64,000 bases of DNA from Candidatus Multivoradales bacterium (GCA_965248925.1 CBDFLE010000006.1:256001-320000), one strand, 5' to 3'. Positions 29,520 to 40,137 are shown, counted from the stretch's first letter. Program-made: numbers and translations. Notes: generated from the letters alone by a model not told the origin.

Positions 29520-32392
29520 CACGCCGGCCTGACCAGCGGCCGATAGCTATCGAGACGGCCGAGGGCAATCTCACGCAGCGCGACCGCTTGCTCGAAAAGA
29601 AAGCCACGATACGAGACCGCCTCCTCGCTGCCCCGCGGGGTGAAGGTATCCAGCAATCGACGCTCGAAGGCCGTGAGATAACGCTTACGCAGATCGCGCG
29701 ACATCCACACGGCGCCACCAGGCTGTAGCTCGAAGTCTTCCTGCCTGGCCTCGCGGCGGCGCAGCAAGGCCAGCGCCAGGCCGTCGACCAACCAGCGGAA
29801 CTCCTCCTGGATATCCGACGCCAGCGAGGGATAGCGGTCACTCCGCTGGTGATAGATGCCGAGATGCGGATTCAGCCCGGCGCTGACCAGGGCGGTTGCG
29901 GCATGCTGAAATAGCAGGTGATAGCCGAAGGAAAGCAGACTGTTGACCGGATCGGTAGGCGGGCGGCGGCGCCGACCTGAAAACTCGAAGCCAGCTGGCA
30001 AGACCTCGGCAAAGCCGGCGAAATACAAGCGTGCCGCGCGTCCCTCCAAGCCGCGCAGGGTGCCGGTGTCGTCAGCCTCCAGCGCGCTCCGTGCCAGACT
30101 GCGGATGGGCCCGGTCACCCCGCGGCCAAGGCCCAGCCGGGCAAGCTGGCTAGCCTGGTTGCGCAGCTTGCCGGCGACAATCACCCGCGCCACGGCCAGG
30201 GCGCGGCGATCATCGGCGAGCAGCACAGCCTGCGCCTGCCAGATCCGCCAATCAGCCGCCGGTGCTGCCACGCCGGCGCGGATCCGGCCGCGAGCATCGC
30301 ACATATAGGTCGGTACGCCACCGATGGCCAGGCGCTCGACGGCGGTCAGAGTGGCCCGGCCGTGACCGAGAATCGTCAGATGCAGAATACCGGCCAGGGG
30401 CAGCCGCTCCCTGGGGCGCGACGGATGCTCGAGTACCAGGGTTTCCTTCTCCACCCGCATCGATGTTTCATGATCACCGAGATAGAGCGGACGCTTGGCC
30501 GGGAAGGCTTCGCGAGCCGGTCCCAGATCGATGTCCTCTAGCGGCGGCGGGCCGCCCTCGGCGCCGCTGCTCGGCCGGCCGAGGCGGCGCAAACGCTCGA
30601 AGGGTACCGCCGCCAGCCATGACATGGCCGGGGGAGGCACCTCTTCCTGTCGGCGCCCGCCATCGTGCTTCGCCTCGTCGATCACCAGCGAGCGACAGAA
30701 CAGATAGCCGAGATAGCCGAAGCCGTCGGCCATTGAGCGCACTGAGGTCTTGCCCTCGTGCAAGGCCAGGCCCAACTCGCCGAGGGCGCGCCGCGCGACT
30801 TGGTGGGCGCGCTCGGCGGCGGCCAGATCCTTGGTCAGCACTACGAAGTCGTCGGCAAAACGGACCAGACGAAAGCCCTCGCCGAGGATCGCTTCGTCAA
30901 AGCGATCCAGAAAGAGGTTGGCGAGCAGCGGTGAGATCGGCGCCCCCTGCGGCAGACCCCGACTACGGCCGATCCGCCGGCCGTCGAAGTAGACCGGCAC
31001 GGTAATCCAATGGCGAATCACCCGCACCAGCGGCTCGAAGGGGAAGAGCGCATCGAGCACCGCGAAGAGGCGATCCCATTCGACAGTGTCAAAGAACGCT
31101 TCGATATCGGCATCGAGCACATAGCGGTAGCCATCCTCCCAAGCTCGCTGAATGGCGCGCGCCGCGCCCTGCCGGGAGAAACCCCTGCGGTAGGCGAACG
31201 ACTCGTCCTCGAGCATCGAATCGATGGCCGGCAACAGCGCCTGGGCGGCGGCGCGCTGGAGCACCCGATCGGCCGCCGTCGGCACCGCCAGCGGCCGCCA
31301 GCCGCCAGACGGCTTGGGAATCGCGCAGCCGGCGAGAGGTTGCGCCCGGTAGCAGCCGTCGAGCAGCGACCCGGCCAGACTTGCGAGAGCTGGCGGCCCG
31401 AGGTCGGCGAGGGACTGTGGGGATTGGTGGTCAACACCCGCGGCCGACGATTGGGTGGCAACGTGTTCGAGTGCCGTGGCCAGCGCGGCCGGCCTGGCGA
31501 CTTCTTGCAAGTAAGTCCGTGCCGGCCGCCACGGCCCCTCACCGTCCGGGCTGCCGGCGAGGCGGAAGCGACCGAAGCCGTAGCGCACGCTCTGACCCAC
31601 ATGGAGATGCTGCAAGAGGGCCAGGAGAGCGCACCAGTCGGGGGTCAAGCCGGCCAGTTCGAGGGTGCCCACCAGCCCTCCCTTGAGCTGGCCTCGGGGC
31701 CGGCCCGGCTTGCCCCCCGGCCGGCCACGGGTGGGCACATCGAGCCACAGCAGAGCCGCCGGGTCGGCGCGGACGGCCGCTGGCATCGCCGGCACCGCCC
31801 CCGGCGACGGCCGCCCCGCCCGCAGGTCGGCAAAGCGCCGCCAGCAGCGGGCGAGGAATGCACCGGCAGGAAAGTAGGTGCTGTCGAAGTGGCCCTTGGG
31901 GCGCTGCCGCGCGCCCCGCGGACGCGGCCGACGGAGCTCCAGGGGAGAGAGGAACTGCAAGGTGGCCACCCCACGCTCGGCGAGTGCCCGCGCGGTGGCC
32001 TCGACATCGGCCAGCTCCGGCGCGCCCAGGCGTTGCACCTCCGCGACCGCAAAGTTGCCCCACAAGGTGCGTTCCGAAGCGGCCGGCCTGGGCTGTCGGC
32101 TCACCACTTCGAGTCTCTCCAGGGCAGCCGGCAGCGCATCGATCGCCTCGCCCACCACGGTCAGCCCGAAGACGTAGTCATCACCAGCGGCAAACCGCAC
32201 CCGCCCCGACTCGACCGCCGCCGGCATCACCTCCGGCAAGGCGTGGCCGAAGATCTGGCAGAGCAGGCCATGAAGCACCGGCTCGTGGCGCAGGTGGAAG
32301 CGGGTGCTGGCGCTCAGCCGCAGGCGGATGACCAGCCGCTCGATCGGCGGCAAGCTCAGCATCGAGCCGTCGGGCAGGCGATGGCGGGTCAT
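29519..32392 (-). CDS. cas1: Cas6-reverse transcriptase-Cas1 fusion, copy 1
   Basis: Cas6 G-loop HVGQSVRYGFG; RT motifs DADIEAFFD, GLPQGAPISPLLAN, RFADD; Cas1 motifs LEGRAARLYF, DPVNSLLSFGY, GIYH, SDIQEEFR. Confidence 0.93.
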   Translation of the reverse strand: MTRHRLPDGSMLSLPPIERLVIRLRLSASTRFHLRHEPVLHGLLCQIFGHALPEVMPAAVESGRVRFAAGDDYVFGLTVVGEAIDALPAALERLEVVSRQPRPAASERTLWGNFAVAEVQRLGAPELADVEATARALAERGVATLQFLSPLELRRPRPRGARQRPKGHFDSTYFPAGAFLARCWRRFADLRAGRPSPGAVPAMPAAVRADPAALLWLDVPTRGRPGGKPGRPRGQLKGGLVGTLELAGLTPDWCALLALLQHLHVGQSVRYGFGRFRLAGSPDGEGPWRPARTYLQEVARPAALATALEHVATQSSAAGVDHQSPQSLADLGPPALASLAGSLLDGCYRAQPLAGCAIPKPSGGWRPLAVPTAADRVLQRAAAQALLPAIDSMLEDESFAYRRGFSRQGAARAIQRAWEDGYRYVLDADIEAFFDTVEWDRLFAVLDALFPFEPLVRVIRHWITVPVYFDGRRIGRSRGLPQGAPISPLLANLFLDRFDEAILGEGFRLVRFADDFVVLTKDLAAAERAHQVARRALGELGLALHEGKTSVRSMADGFGYLGYLFCRSLVIDEAKHDGGRRQEEVPPPAMSWLAAVPFERLRRLGRPSSGAEGGPPPLEDIDLGPAREAFPAKRPLYLGDHETSMRVEKETLVLEHPSRPRERLPLAGILHLTILGHGRATLTAVERLAIGGVPTYMCDARGRIRAGVAAPAADWRIWQAQAVLLADDRRALAVARVIVAGKLRNQASQLARLGLGRGVTGPIRSLARSALEADDTGTLRGLEGRAARLYFAGFAEVLPAGFEFSGRRRRPPTDPVNSLLSFGYHLLFQHAATALVSAGLNPHLGIYHQRSDRYPSLASDIQEEFRWLVDGLALALLRRREARQEDFELQPGGAVWMSRDLRKRYLTAFERRLLDTFTPRGSEEAVSYRGFLFEQAVALREIALGRLDSYRPLVRPA

Positions 32393-32440
32393 GAATCCTC
32401 CTGGGTGCGCGGCCGACCGCCTCAGCTCTCGGCGATGGGT

Positions 32441-33010
32441 TCACGAATTCCGGTCCCGGCGCAAACTTGCCAGCTGCGCGCCTAGCTGGTTGAAACCAGC
32501 GGCGCCGGAGGGCGAATCTGCTGCACCTCGTCCTGGAGAGGCACCGGGGTTCGAAGGTGAACCTGGAGAGCCGCCCTGGCCGCCTTTCGGCGGGCGGGGA
32601 CGCCTCCTCTCGGCCTGCTCGGCCACCAACAGGCGGGCGGTCCAGCCCAAGATCCAGCGCCAGGTAGTGAGAGGGCGGTCAGGGTGCTCGTCCAGAGCTG
32701 CTGCCAACAAGGCTGCCAGGGTCGTGAGGTGTGCCATGACCTCGTGCTGATTCTGTGCCGTGGCTCGATCCAAAGCAGGAGCTGCCTTGAGAAAGAGGCG
32801 AAAGGAGGCGAGGTCAGGAGCTTGCCGCAGGTAGCCGAGGAAGGTCTCCAGGGTGCCGCGCTTGAAACCGGTCTGGCCCGGGCTGTGGGACGCTGGGTCA
32901 AGGCGCGGTATCGGCGTGGTGATCAGCTCAGCCGCCAGCTCAGCCGCTTCGCGAATCAGGGATTCTTTCTCCCTCGGGGTCAGCACGTCCAAACAATCGT
33001 GATCACTCAT
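32441..33010 (-). CDS. Cas-operon helical protein, possible second small subunit (Cas11-like)
   Basis: Translationally coupled to the RAMP gene; helical with ILGWTARLL; low-complexity tail. Confidence 0.55.
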   Translation of the reverse strand: MSDHDCLDVLTPREKESLIREAAELAAELITTPIPRLDPASHSPGQTGFKRGTLETFLGYLRQAPDLASFRLFLKAAPALDRATAQNQHEVMAHLTTLAALLAAALDEHPDRPLTTWRWILGWTARLLVAEQAERRRPRPPKGGQGGSPGSPSNPGASPGRGAADSPSGAAGFNQLGAQLASLRRDRNS

Positions 33011-33900
33011 CAGCCGCCCCCTGAAGTCCGTGGCAAGGACAACTCCGCCGCCAGGGTGGCGAGGGTGGCCGCCTGGCTCTGCTCCAGCCCACAACGGTGG
33101 ATGCAGTCCTCGACCAGCTGATTCACTTCCGCTGCGTCACCAGAAACCCAACAAGTCCCCTTGAGCCCGGTGTGCAGACGAAAGCCAACAGCGGTAATCC
33201 GGACTCTGCCCAAACCGTCGTATTTCGCTCCCCCCGGGCGCGGTGCGAAGCGGCCGATCCCGAGGCTGAGAAAGAGGGCACCGAGATCCTGACGAGACAC
33301 GTTGCGCAATCGCAGATCGGTATTCAGCACGGCGCCAGGCGGGATGGCAAAGGCCGGGATAACGCGAGGGGGCTGAGAATGGGCCGGCAGGTCGCCGTAG
33401 AGCCGATAGTAACCCCGAGTGGAGTTGCGGGGCGGGTAAGCTACCGAAATCGAAATCCGCTGGGCCACCAGGTCTCCGGCAGGAAACGCGTCGTCGAAGC
33501 TCACCCGGCCCATCAGACCGAGCCCACCAAAGAGACCGGCGGCCGGGGAGCACAAGCCGTACTTGGGAATATGTCCTTCCGCTGTCGCTTGCCGGCTGCC
33601 GGTCAGGGCTTCGAACATAGCGCGACAGGCGCCCTTGAGTCCCGAGCCGGGGAGGATCGGCACCCCACCCAGGCGCGCAATCTCCTTGACCGCCCGGCCA
33701 TCCTCCCCCAGGCTGAAGCCGCCCGAACCCACATGGACGGGGCCGAGGGCTTCGATCTCCAGGGTGACGGTACCCGAGCGTCGAGGAGCGTCCGCATCGC
33801 CCTGGGGCAGCCGGTCATGAAAGATCGGCTCCACCCTCGGGCCCGGTGGGGAACGGGGAATGGTGAAGTGATTGCGCGGCGGGCTGGGGGGTGTGAGCAT
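33010..33900 (-). CDS. RAMP (Cas7 group) subunit
   Basis: VHVGSG, LPGSGLKGACR, GRVSFDDA, GGAKYDGLG G-loop. Confidence 0.85.
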   Translation of the reverse strand: MLTPPSPPRNHFTIPRSPPGPRVEPIFHDRLPQGDADAPRRSGTVTLEIEALGPVHVGSGGFSLGEDGRAVKEIARLGGVPILPGSGLKGACRAMFEALTGSRQATAEGHIPKYGLCSPAAGLFGGLGLMGRVSFDDAFPAGDLVAQRISISVAYPPRNSTRGYYRLYGDLPAHSQPPRVIPAFAIPPGAVLNTDLRLRNVSRQDLGALFLSLGIGRFAPRPGGAKYDGLGRVRITAVGFRLHTGLKGTCWVSGDAAEVNQLVEDCIHRCGLEQSQAATLATLAAELSLPRTSGGG

Positions 33901-33916
33901 AGCCTCTCCTCATCAC

Positions 33917-34936
33917 TCAGGCATTGGTAGATCTGGCAAGAAAATGGTCAATAGCAGCGGGCAGTGCCTCCTCGATCAAGAGATCACCGACCCTAGCCAG
34001 CGAACTACCGCTGAGTTCTAGGCGACTGCCGCGCCAGGTCGGCTGCCGGGAGACATTCGCGGAAAGCTCCAGGGGGTCTTCGGCAACCAGACCGTACTCC
34101 CTGACCTCTCCACCACTGGCTAAGTTGGCAACGCCATGAAGCCATGGCGCGAGCCCCTCACCATCGCTGCCGGCAGCGGTCGCAGGTTGTACACTTTCAA
34201 AGCGCAGAGAACCGAGGCTTGCCCGCATCCTCCCGAGGCCGCGGGCCTTACCGAAACCGAGGCCGAAGTCCCCTTCGTCGAGAGCCCGCACCAGCACGAA
34301 GATCAAGGCCAGCTGCCAGAGCTGGATGTTGCGAAAAGGAATCTCGGCAAAGAAGCGCCCACCGGTGATCACCTCGATCTCGAACAGCCCACCGCTCTGC
34401 ACCGCCTGGCCGGTCTCACGATCGATGGCAACCTGGGTGCGACGCTCCGTCCGGTTGGCCACCACCGCGCCACGACGCATGGCCTCGGCATCGGCCAGCG
34501 GCTGCCAGGGGAATGCGTCCAGCACCGACATCCGGCCACTGACGGTCAACGAGCCAAAGGTGCGACACACCGGGCATTGGCGCTTGAAGATCGCCGAGGT
34601 GGGAGTCGTGTCGGGTCGTCCGGCACGTTTGCAACTGGGCCCCGCCGGCTGCCGGGCGCCACCGTGCGAGTTCCCCTTCTTCTGGTCCTTGGCGACCGGA
34701 TCGCAGACCGCCACACCCAGGCCGTAGAGTAGGCGCTCGGCATGGCTGCGCAGGGCGCCCTTGATGCCGGTTCCGGGAAAGAAAACGGTGTCACCCACCT
34801 CAGGATGGTAGGAGCGCACGAAGGCCATATCCGGTTGCGACGGGTCGACCGTCTCCCGACCGCTCTTGATCAGGGCGGCGCCCTGGGGGCTGAGCTCGAG
34901 CCGCAGGGTTCCATGGTTGAGCAAGCGTTTGAACAT
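33917..34936 (-). CDS. RAMP Cas7 (Csm3/Csx7-like) subunit
   Basis: PGTGIKGALRSHAE, CPVCRTFG, VAIDRETG, GFGKARGLG. Confidence 0.9.
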   Translation of the reverse strand: MFKRLLNHGTLRLELSPQGAALIKSGRETVDPSQPDMAFVRSYHPEVGDTVFFPGTGIKGALRSHAERLLYGLGVAVCDPVAKDQKKGNSHGGARQPAGPSCKRAGRPDTTPTSAIFKRQCPVCRTFGSLTVSGRMSVLDAFPWQPLADAEAMRRGAVVANRTERRTQVAIDRETGQAVQSGGLFEIEVITGGRFFAEIPFRNIQLWQLALIFVLVRALDEGDFGLGFGKARGLGRMRASLGSLRFESVQPATAAGSDGEGLAPWLHGVANLASGGEVREYGLVAEDPLELSANVSRQPTWRGSRLELSGSSLARVGDLLIEEALPAAIDHFLARSTNA

Positions 34937-35769
34937 CAGGAAATCTCCGGCGACGGGGGTTGGGGGGAGGACTCGGCTGCGAGGGCGTCGACCAGGGTCT
35001 GGGTGGCGATTTCCTGCGCCTCGGCCCAGTCGGTCTCGGTGAAGCCGCCTCTGGCCAGCAGAGCTTGTGCCGAGGTTTCTCCGAGCGTCGCCTGCTCGAG
35101 GTGTACCCGGCCCAGGCCGCGAGAGGTCATGCCACCGATCAGAATGACCCCCTCATCGAGCATCTCGAGGGTCTTTAGCACCAGCGCCACCTGGGTGCTA
35201 TTGCAATTCTCCAGCAGGATCTCGAGAGCGAAGGCGGCGCCCGGCGGCACCACCTCGGTGTCGTACTTGACCCGCGGCTGGGCGACCCCGAGATCGCGAT
35301 TGATACCGACACCGTCGCGCACCTCGGTGCGGAGCAGGGTGGCGGGCACCAGGGGCAGGTCGCGCACAAAGACCCGCCCGCCGATCATCGTCGAGCCAAA
35401 GAGACCGCAGGTGATGCAGACTGTGCGGCAGACCTCGTCGAGGCTGACGCTGTCGCGCTGCTGCTTCGCCCTGGTCTCCAGAGCCGAGGTGCAGCGGCCC
35501 TGCTCATCCAGCACATCGCAGGCGCGAAAGTTCCCTTGACCTAGCCCACGAATCACCCGCTCGAGACCGCTGCGCAGAGCCCCTTTGATCGCGCTGCCAG
35601 GGAGATAGGGACGGCCGAGGGCGTCGCGCATGATGGGCTGATCTGTAGCTTCCGGATCCTGGGCCTTGCCGGCCCCAACTCGGATGCCGGAGACCGCTAC
35701 CAGCCGGGCTCGAATGCGGTGCCGGCTGGTCAAGGCTGCAAAAGAGGTGAACTCGAGAAAGGGGCTCAT
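34936..35769 (-). CDS. RAMP Cas7 (Csm3/Csx7-like) subunit
   Basis: IRVGAG...TDQPI, PGSAIKGALRS, CITCGLFG, RDGVGINRD, GGMTSRGLG. Confidence 0.9.
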   Translation of the reverse strand: MSPFLEFTSFAALTSRHRIRARLVAVSGIRVGAGKAQDPEATDQPIMRDALGRPYLPGSAIKGALRSGLERVIRGLGQGNFRACDVLDEQGRCTSALETRAKQQRDSVSLDEVCRTVCITCGLFGSTMIGGRVFVRDLPLVPATLLRTEVRDGVGINRDLGVAQPRVKYDTEVVPPGAAFALEILLENCNSTQVALVLKTLEMLDEGVILIGGMTSRGLGRVHLEQATLGETSAQALLARGGFTETDWAEAQEIATQTLVDALAAESSPQPPSPEIS

Positions 35770-36350
35770 CGCCGACCTCCGCGGGGCCTCTGCCGGTGTT
35801 GGTTCCTGGGCCGGGTCGCCTTGATGCGCGCTGCGCTCCACTGCTCTTCTTTGAACCGTGCCACCTGATAGGTCTGCTCGCGGATGACGAATCCGATCAG
35901 CAGGGAGGCCAGCCGGCGGCCAGCCGCTTCCTGATCTTCGGCTTCGTCTTCGTCTTCGGTGGGGGCGCCGCCGAGCCGTTGCCGAACCTGCTTGTCGAGC
36001 AAACCGAGCAGTTCGTGGCCTGGGCCGGCATCGTGCCCCCAACCCCGGCTCCCGCGGCCGATCTGGTAGCGCAAGTAACTCTCGACCACGGCCAGCGGCT
36101 CATTTTGGGTGGTCGCCAGCAGGCTGCGAAGCTGCGAAGTAGTGACCCTTGGATCGGGGAATCGAGGGCGCCGCTGCGGATCCTCGCCCATGTTCATCCA
36201 TCTGGCAACTGCGTTAGCAAAGCGCTCCAAGAGCTTGCTGGAGGTTTGATCGGAAGGTTGATAGCTCTCTGACTTTTCAACGTAGGCTTGCGCGGCGACA
36301 ACCAGCGCGCTCTTCTGGGTTTCGATCCAGGCGAGGGATTCGGGGCTCAT
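35766..36350 (-). CDS. Cas11-like small subunit
   Basis: TTSQLRSLL and YLRYQIGR motifs; position between csx10 and cas7. Confidence 0.75.
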   Translation of the reverse strand: MSPESLAWIETQKSALVVAAQAYVEKSESYQPSDQTSSKLLERFANAVARWMNMGEDPQRRPRFPDPRVTTSQLRSLLATTQNEPLAVVESYLRYQIGRGSRGWGHDAGPGHELLGLLDKQVRQRLGGAPTEDEDEAEDQEAAGRRLASLLIGFVIREQTYQVARFKEEQWSAARIKATRPRNQHRQRPRGGRR

Positions 36351-38236
36351 TGTTCGGTCCTCCGGTCGGCCTTCCAGCCGGGTAGATGTAGATCGTCGGA
36401 AATGCGGACCCGGCCATAGCCCTGGGCGCGCTGACCGCCGAGCCCTCCGGACTCGATGGCCTCACACCGCGCGCGGTGTGAGGCGTCATCCGGCACCGCC
36501 AGAAGCAGGCAGGAGCCCACGCACACCACCGGTTCGAGATCCTTGAAACGGCCCGCCAAGGTGTCGAAGCCACCTCGCTGGTCAGCGCGGAGCGTCGCTG
36601 CCAGCAGCTCGGCGGCGGGCAGCTCGAGGGCCTGCAGGAAGGCCTGCAACACCGTCGTAGCTTGTGAGCCGGGGGCCAGGACCAGATCGTTCTCGAGGGT
36701 GACGGTGATCAGCAGTCGGCCGGGCCACGGCTCCTCCGCGGGTAGCTGACAAGTACTGCAGACCCGCCTCCAGGCTTGCCGCACGGCGGCATCCAGGGCC
36801 GCGAGGCGTGCATCGATCGAATCCTCGATCGCCGGCCGAACTCCGACCAGCTCAACTCGGCCGTAGCCTTGGCCACGACCGTGCCCGACCCGGATCACCC
36901 CCCGCTGAGCATCTTCGAGAAGCTGGCGTCCAGCAGCGTCCAGCCGGTCGACGCGGGCGCAGAAGCGGCTGCCGGGAGCAAGCAGGTCGAGGGAGAAGAG
37001 CTTGCCATCAACCCCCCGGCCACTGGCCACATCGAGGGCCAGGCGGGTGACCACCCGGCGCTCGGGCTCCACCGCATCCAGCCAACGGTCGACCGGCACC
37101 AGACGCGCGCCACAAGGCTGTCCCGCGGCCGGCGTGTGCCGACAGGTCTCGTCGAAGGCGCGATGGATACCGCGGTCGGCGAGCTGATTCTTGATCCAGC
37201 CCAGGATCAAGCGATCCATGCCACCGTGGGCCCAGCCTTCAAACTTGCAAACGCCAAGGGAGAGAGGTGCTGGCCGCGGCCGGCGGCGGTCTTCGCTATC
37301 GACGGCCACTCCATCGGCAAAGCGCAGGCAGGTCGATTCGTCGAGCAGCAGGCGGCGGAAGACCGGGTCTGCAGACTGATCCTCGGTAGTTCCGCGAGCC
37401 GTCATGGCGGCGGTCACCAGCGCGCCGCGCAGCGTCGAGGCGCGCACGAAGCCGAGACTGCGGTGGTAGTTGTTGGTGAGAAAGAGAGTATCGCCGAGAC
37501 AGAGGGGCTCTCTGGCCTCGAGGGTCAGCTCGAGTGAAGTGGCGTCGGGCAAAGGCAGGCTTGCCGGCATCTCGCCCCGGAACCTGGCGGCCGATACCGA
37601 CTCGAGGCGTATGCTCACCTGGCCGAGGCCCGCGGAACGACCGCCACCGATGGCGAAGACCGCTTCGGCCGCGGCCGCGAGACACTTGAGATCGTCGGCA
37701 CCATGCTCGGTATCGGCGAGCAGGTGGGTGACGTCGACCTCAGCGGTGAATGCCAGGCCATCGAGGAAGGGAGCGACCACCTGGCGGGCGAAGAGGTGGT
37801 GGTCCGCTGCTCGCCGGGAGCCGCGGCTCAGCGAGACCTGGTGGCGGGTTTCCAAGCCGCCACCGCGAGAGAACAAGTCGCGCAGGGCGGTGTCCTGCAA
37901 CAGCCCGTCGCTGATGTACACCCGGGTGGTGCCACCGCCAATGCGCTCGACCGAGGGCCCGCCACCCACCGCGGATGAACCCGCTGAGCTTGCCGTGCCG
38001 GCCGGCCCGGGCTCCTGGCCGAGGATCCGGCCGAGGGTCGCCCGCGCGGTCTCGGGCCTGACCGCCAGAAGCAGGCGGGTCAGCTGTTCGCGCAAAGCCC
38101 CATTGAGCGCCGTCGCCGGGATGAAGGGCACCCCCGCAGCGTCACGGGCGGTGGCGTCGTGAACCTCGGGCTGGGTAGTACCGCCGAGCAGCAACCCGCC
38201 GCGAGGCTCGACGATCAGACGATGGGTAATGCTCAT
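36347..38236 (-). CDS. csx10: Csx10-like multi-RAMP (Cas7-Cas5 fusion)
   Basis: Three G-loops (GGGRSAGLG, GHGRGQGYG, GGQRAQGYG); ATGA overlap with cas10. Confidence 0.8.
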   Translation of the reverse strand: MSITHRLIVEPRGGLLLGGTTQPEVHDATARDAAGVPFIPATALNGALREQLTRLLLAVRPETARATLGRILGQEPGPAGTASSAGSSAVGGGPSVERIGGGTTRVYISDGLLQDTALRDLFSRGGGLETRHQVSLSRGSRRAADHHLFARQVVAPFLDGLAFTAEVDVTHLLADTEHGADDLKCLAAAAEAVFAIGGGRSAGLGQVSIRLESVSAARFRGEMPASLPLPDATSLELTLEAREPLCLGDTLFLTNNYHRSLGFVRASTLRGALVTAAMTARGTTEDQSADPVFRRLLLDESTCLRFADGVAVDSEDRRRPRPAPLSLGVCKFEGWAHGGMDRLILGWIKNQLADRGIHRAFDETCRHTPAAGQPCGARLVPVDRWLDAVEPERRVVTRLALDVASGRGVDGKLFSLDLLAPGSRFCARVDRLDAAGRQLLEDAQRGVIRVGHGRGQGYGRVELVGVRPAIEDSIDARLAALDAAVRQAWRRVCSTCQLPAEEPWPGRLLITVTLENDLVLAPGSQATTVLQAFLQALELPAAELLAATLRADQRGGFDTLAGRFKDLEPVVCVGSCLLLAVPDDASHRARCEAIESGGLGGQRAQGYGRVRISDDLHLPGWKADRRTEQ

Positions 38237-40101
38237 CTGCGATTCTCCGTTGCGCCGCCCATGAGGGAGCACAGCTCGATGGCATCGAGAAAATCCGTGC
38301 ACTTTCGGCCACCGCGCTCCTGCCACAGAAGCTCGTCGACGGTGGCCAGCTTCGGTTGACCCACCGCGCAGCGGAAAGCGGCCCATCCGAGCCGCTGGGA
38401 CTTGTCCTTGGCGCGGGCGTTTTGGTAGCGAAAGAAGCTCTGGCTCTCCCAATACCCGGTCTGGATGGCCCTGGCGACGGCGTGGATTTGGCTGCTGCCA
38501 ACATGCATGTGGAGGGCTTCGGCCCGCTGTGCCAACTCTTGGAACTCGGCAAAGCTGTAGGGCCGGAGAGTCAGCAACAGAGCGGGTTCGGGACTTGGAG
38601 GCTGAGCCGCGGAGCGCTCGAAGTGGGCGGCTCGCAAGGTCCGAATCGAGCCGTTGAGCGGGTTACCCGAGCGCAGCACCATGAAATCGACCGCACTGCG
38701 GATCGGCTGGCTCTCGACCTCGCGGCCCTCGCCATCGCCACGGCTCAAACCGCTGGCGTCGGTACTCTGGTGGATGCGCGCCTTGGCGTTCTTGAGCAGC
38801 TCGCGGGCATAGCCGAGGAGGATGCGGTCAGGAAACTTGTCATCGGCAATGGCCACCCCCACGCCGACACCGAACCGCTCCACCGCCTGGCGCAGGCCGG
38901 AGCTGCAAGACAAGACACTCCGCAAGAGCTGATTGTGGTCGGGGGAGAGGTGCTTCTCAAGCGCCGGGACCAGGGCGCAGATGAACCGGCTGGCATGGCG
39001 GGCGGAGAGCAGGACGACCAGGTCGTCGCCGCCGCGAATCGGCGCTTGGTAACGCCCTTCCTCGATGCCGCAGACCCGTACAGCCGCGGCCAGCGCCCGC
39101 TCGAAGGCGGACTCCACCGCCAGACTCAGGGCTCGATGCTGGGCGGGTGAGCCGACCCGGGAGAAGGACTGGCCAAAGTTGGCCCCATCGGCATAGACCA
39201 GGGCCAACATGGGATCGGTCTCCTGCTCGGCGAAGAGATCGTGCGAAGTTCGCGCCTGCTCGACCTCGCGGCGCAGCCGGCCGGCGGCCTGGCCGCGGGA
39301 TAGGCAGGGGGCGCAAACCTCCTCCCGCTGCTCGCCCCGTCGCCGGGGCGTGGTCGCGGGCCGCTCACCACAGGCCTGGCAGCGCTCACGCTGACGAGTG
39401 GCGGGGATCCTCGGCGGCAAGCGCAGGATGTCGGCACGGCGCCGGTCGAGCCTGGCGAAGAGTGCCGCCAGCACCGCCGGATAACCGCGGGACGGGCTCG
39501 GCACATCCCACTCCCCCACCCCCTCACCCACCGGGTCGCCGCCGACCTCGCCGGTTCCTTCTTCCTCCTCGAGGTCGCTGGGCCAGACCTCGAGTGCGGT
39601 GGCGGCGGTGACCAGGTCTCCATGGGTGGCCCGCTCAAGGGCCGCCTCAAGAGGCGCGATGACCGCTCGAGCACGGTGAGCCGGGGTCAACACCAGGCCG
39701 CCACCTGCGCCGCCGTAGACCTCTGCCAGCGGGGAGATCCCCTGGTCGCGCAGGATCGAGCTTGAGGAAGCTACCCCGCGAGTGCGTTTCTCATCGCTTG
39801 AGCCGTCTTCTCCGCGGGTCAGGTCGGCAACAACATTGCTACCCCCTTGTCGGTCACCGGGACGGGCGACTTTGAAGACATAGTGCTGGATGCCCGGGGT
39901 GTCGAAAGCGACCAGAGCCAACGGCGGCTGCTCGCCAAACAGCTGGCGAAGACGGCCGTGATCTCGGTCCTCGAGTGCCTTCAACACCTCGCTGACATCC
40001 GTGGCCCGGGCCGCCGCCTCCTGCTCGAGACAGAGGCGCATGCCGCCTGCGAGGTCAGCTTCGATCCGTTCGAATGAGTCTTGGGTCACGTTACTCTCCA
40101 C
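38233..40101 (-). CDS. cas10: Cas10 lacking an HD domain, with intact GGDD palm
   Basis: DTPGIQHYVF, CxxC...CxxC zinc finger, YADGANFG, RGGDDL; only about 620 aa. Confidence 0.92.
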   Translation of the reverse strand: MESNVTQDSFERIEADLAGGMRLCLEQEAAARATDVSEVLKALEDRDHGRLRQLFGEQPPLALVAFDTPGIQHYVFKVARPGDRQGGSNVVADLTRGEDGSSDEKRTRGVASSSSILRDQGISPLAEVYGGAGGGLVLTPAHRARAVIAPLEAALERATHGDLVTAATALEVWPSDLEEEEGTGEVGGDPVGEGVGEWDVPSPSRGYPAVLAALFARLDRRRADILRLPPRIPATRQRERCQACGERPATTPRRRGEQREEVCAPCLSRGQAAGRLRREVEQARTSHDLFAEQETDPMLALVYADGANFGQSFSRVGSPAQHRALSLAVESAFERALAAAVRVCGIEEGRYQAPIRGGDDLVVLLSARHASRFICALVPALEKHLSPDHNQLLRSVLSCSSGLRQAVERFGVGVGVAIADDKFPDRILLGYARELLKNAKARIHQSTDASGLSRGDGEGREVESQPIRSAVDFMVLRSGNPLNGSIRTLRAAHFERSAAQPPSPEPALLLTLRPYSFAEFQELAQRAEALHMHVGSSQIHAVARAIQTGYWESQSFFRYQNARAKDKSQRLGWAAFRCAVGQPKLATVDELLWQERGGRKCTDFLDAIELCSLMGGATENRR

Positions 40102-40137
40102 AATCTGGCAGGCCGGCCGCCGTCGCGTTGGCAGTGC

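Noticed and set aside
29519-32392. RT as a group II intron, retron or DGR
   Set aside because: It is fused in frame between Cas6 and Cas1; no intron RNA, msr/msd or TR/VR pair was seen
31010-32485. Long + strand ORFs antisense to cas genes (also 52616..54226, 4014..4985, 16002..17933)
   Set aside because: GC-rich shadow frames opposite well-supported genes, with no motifs
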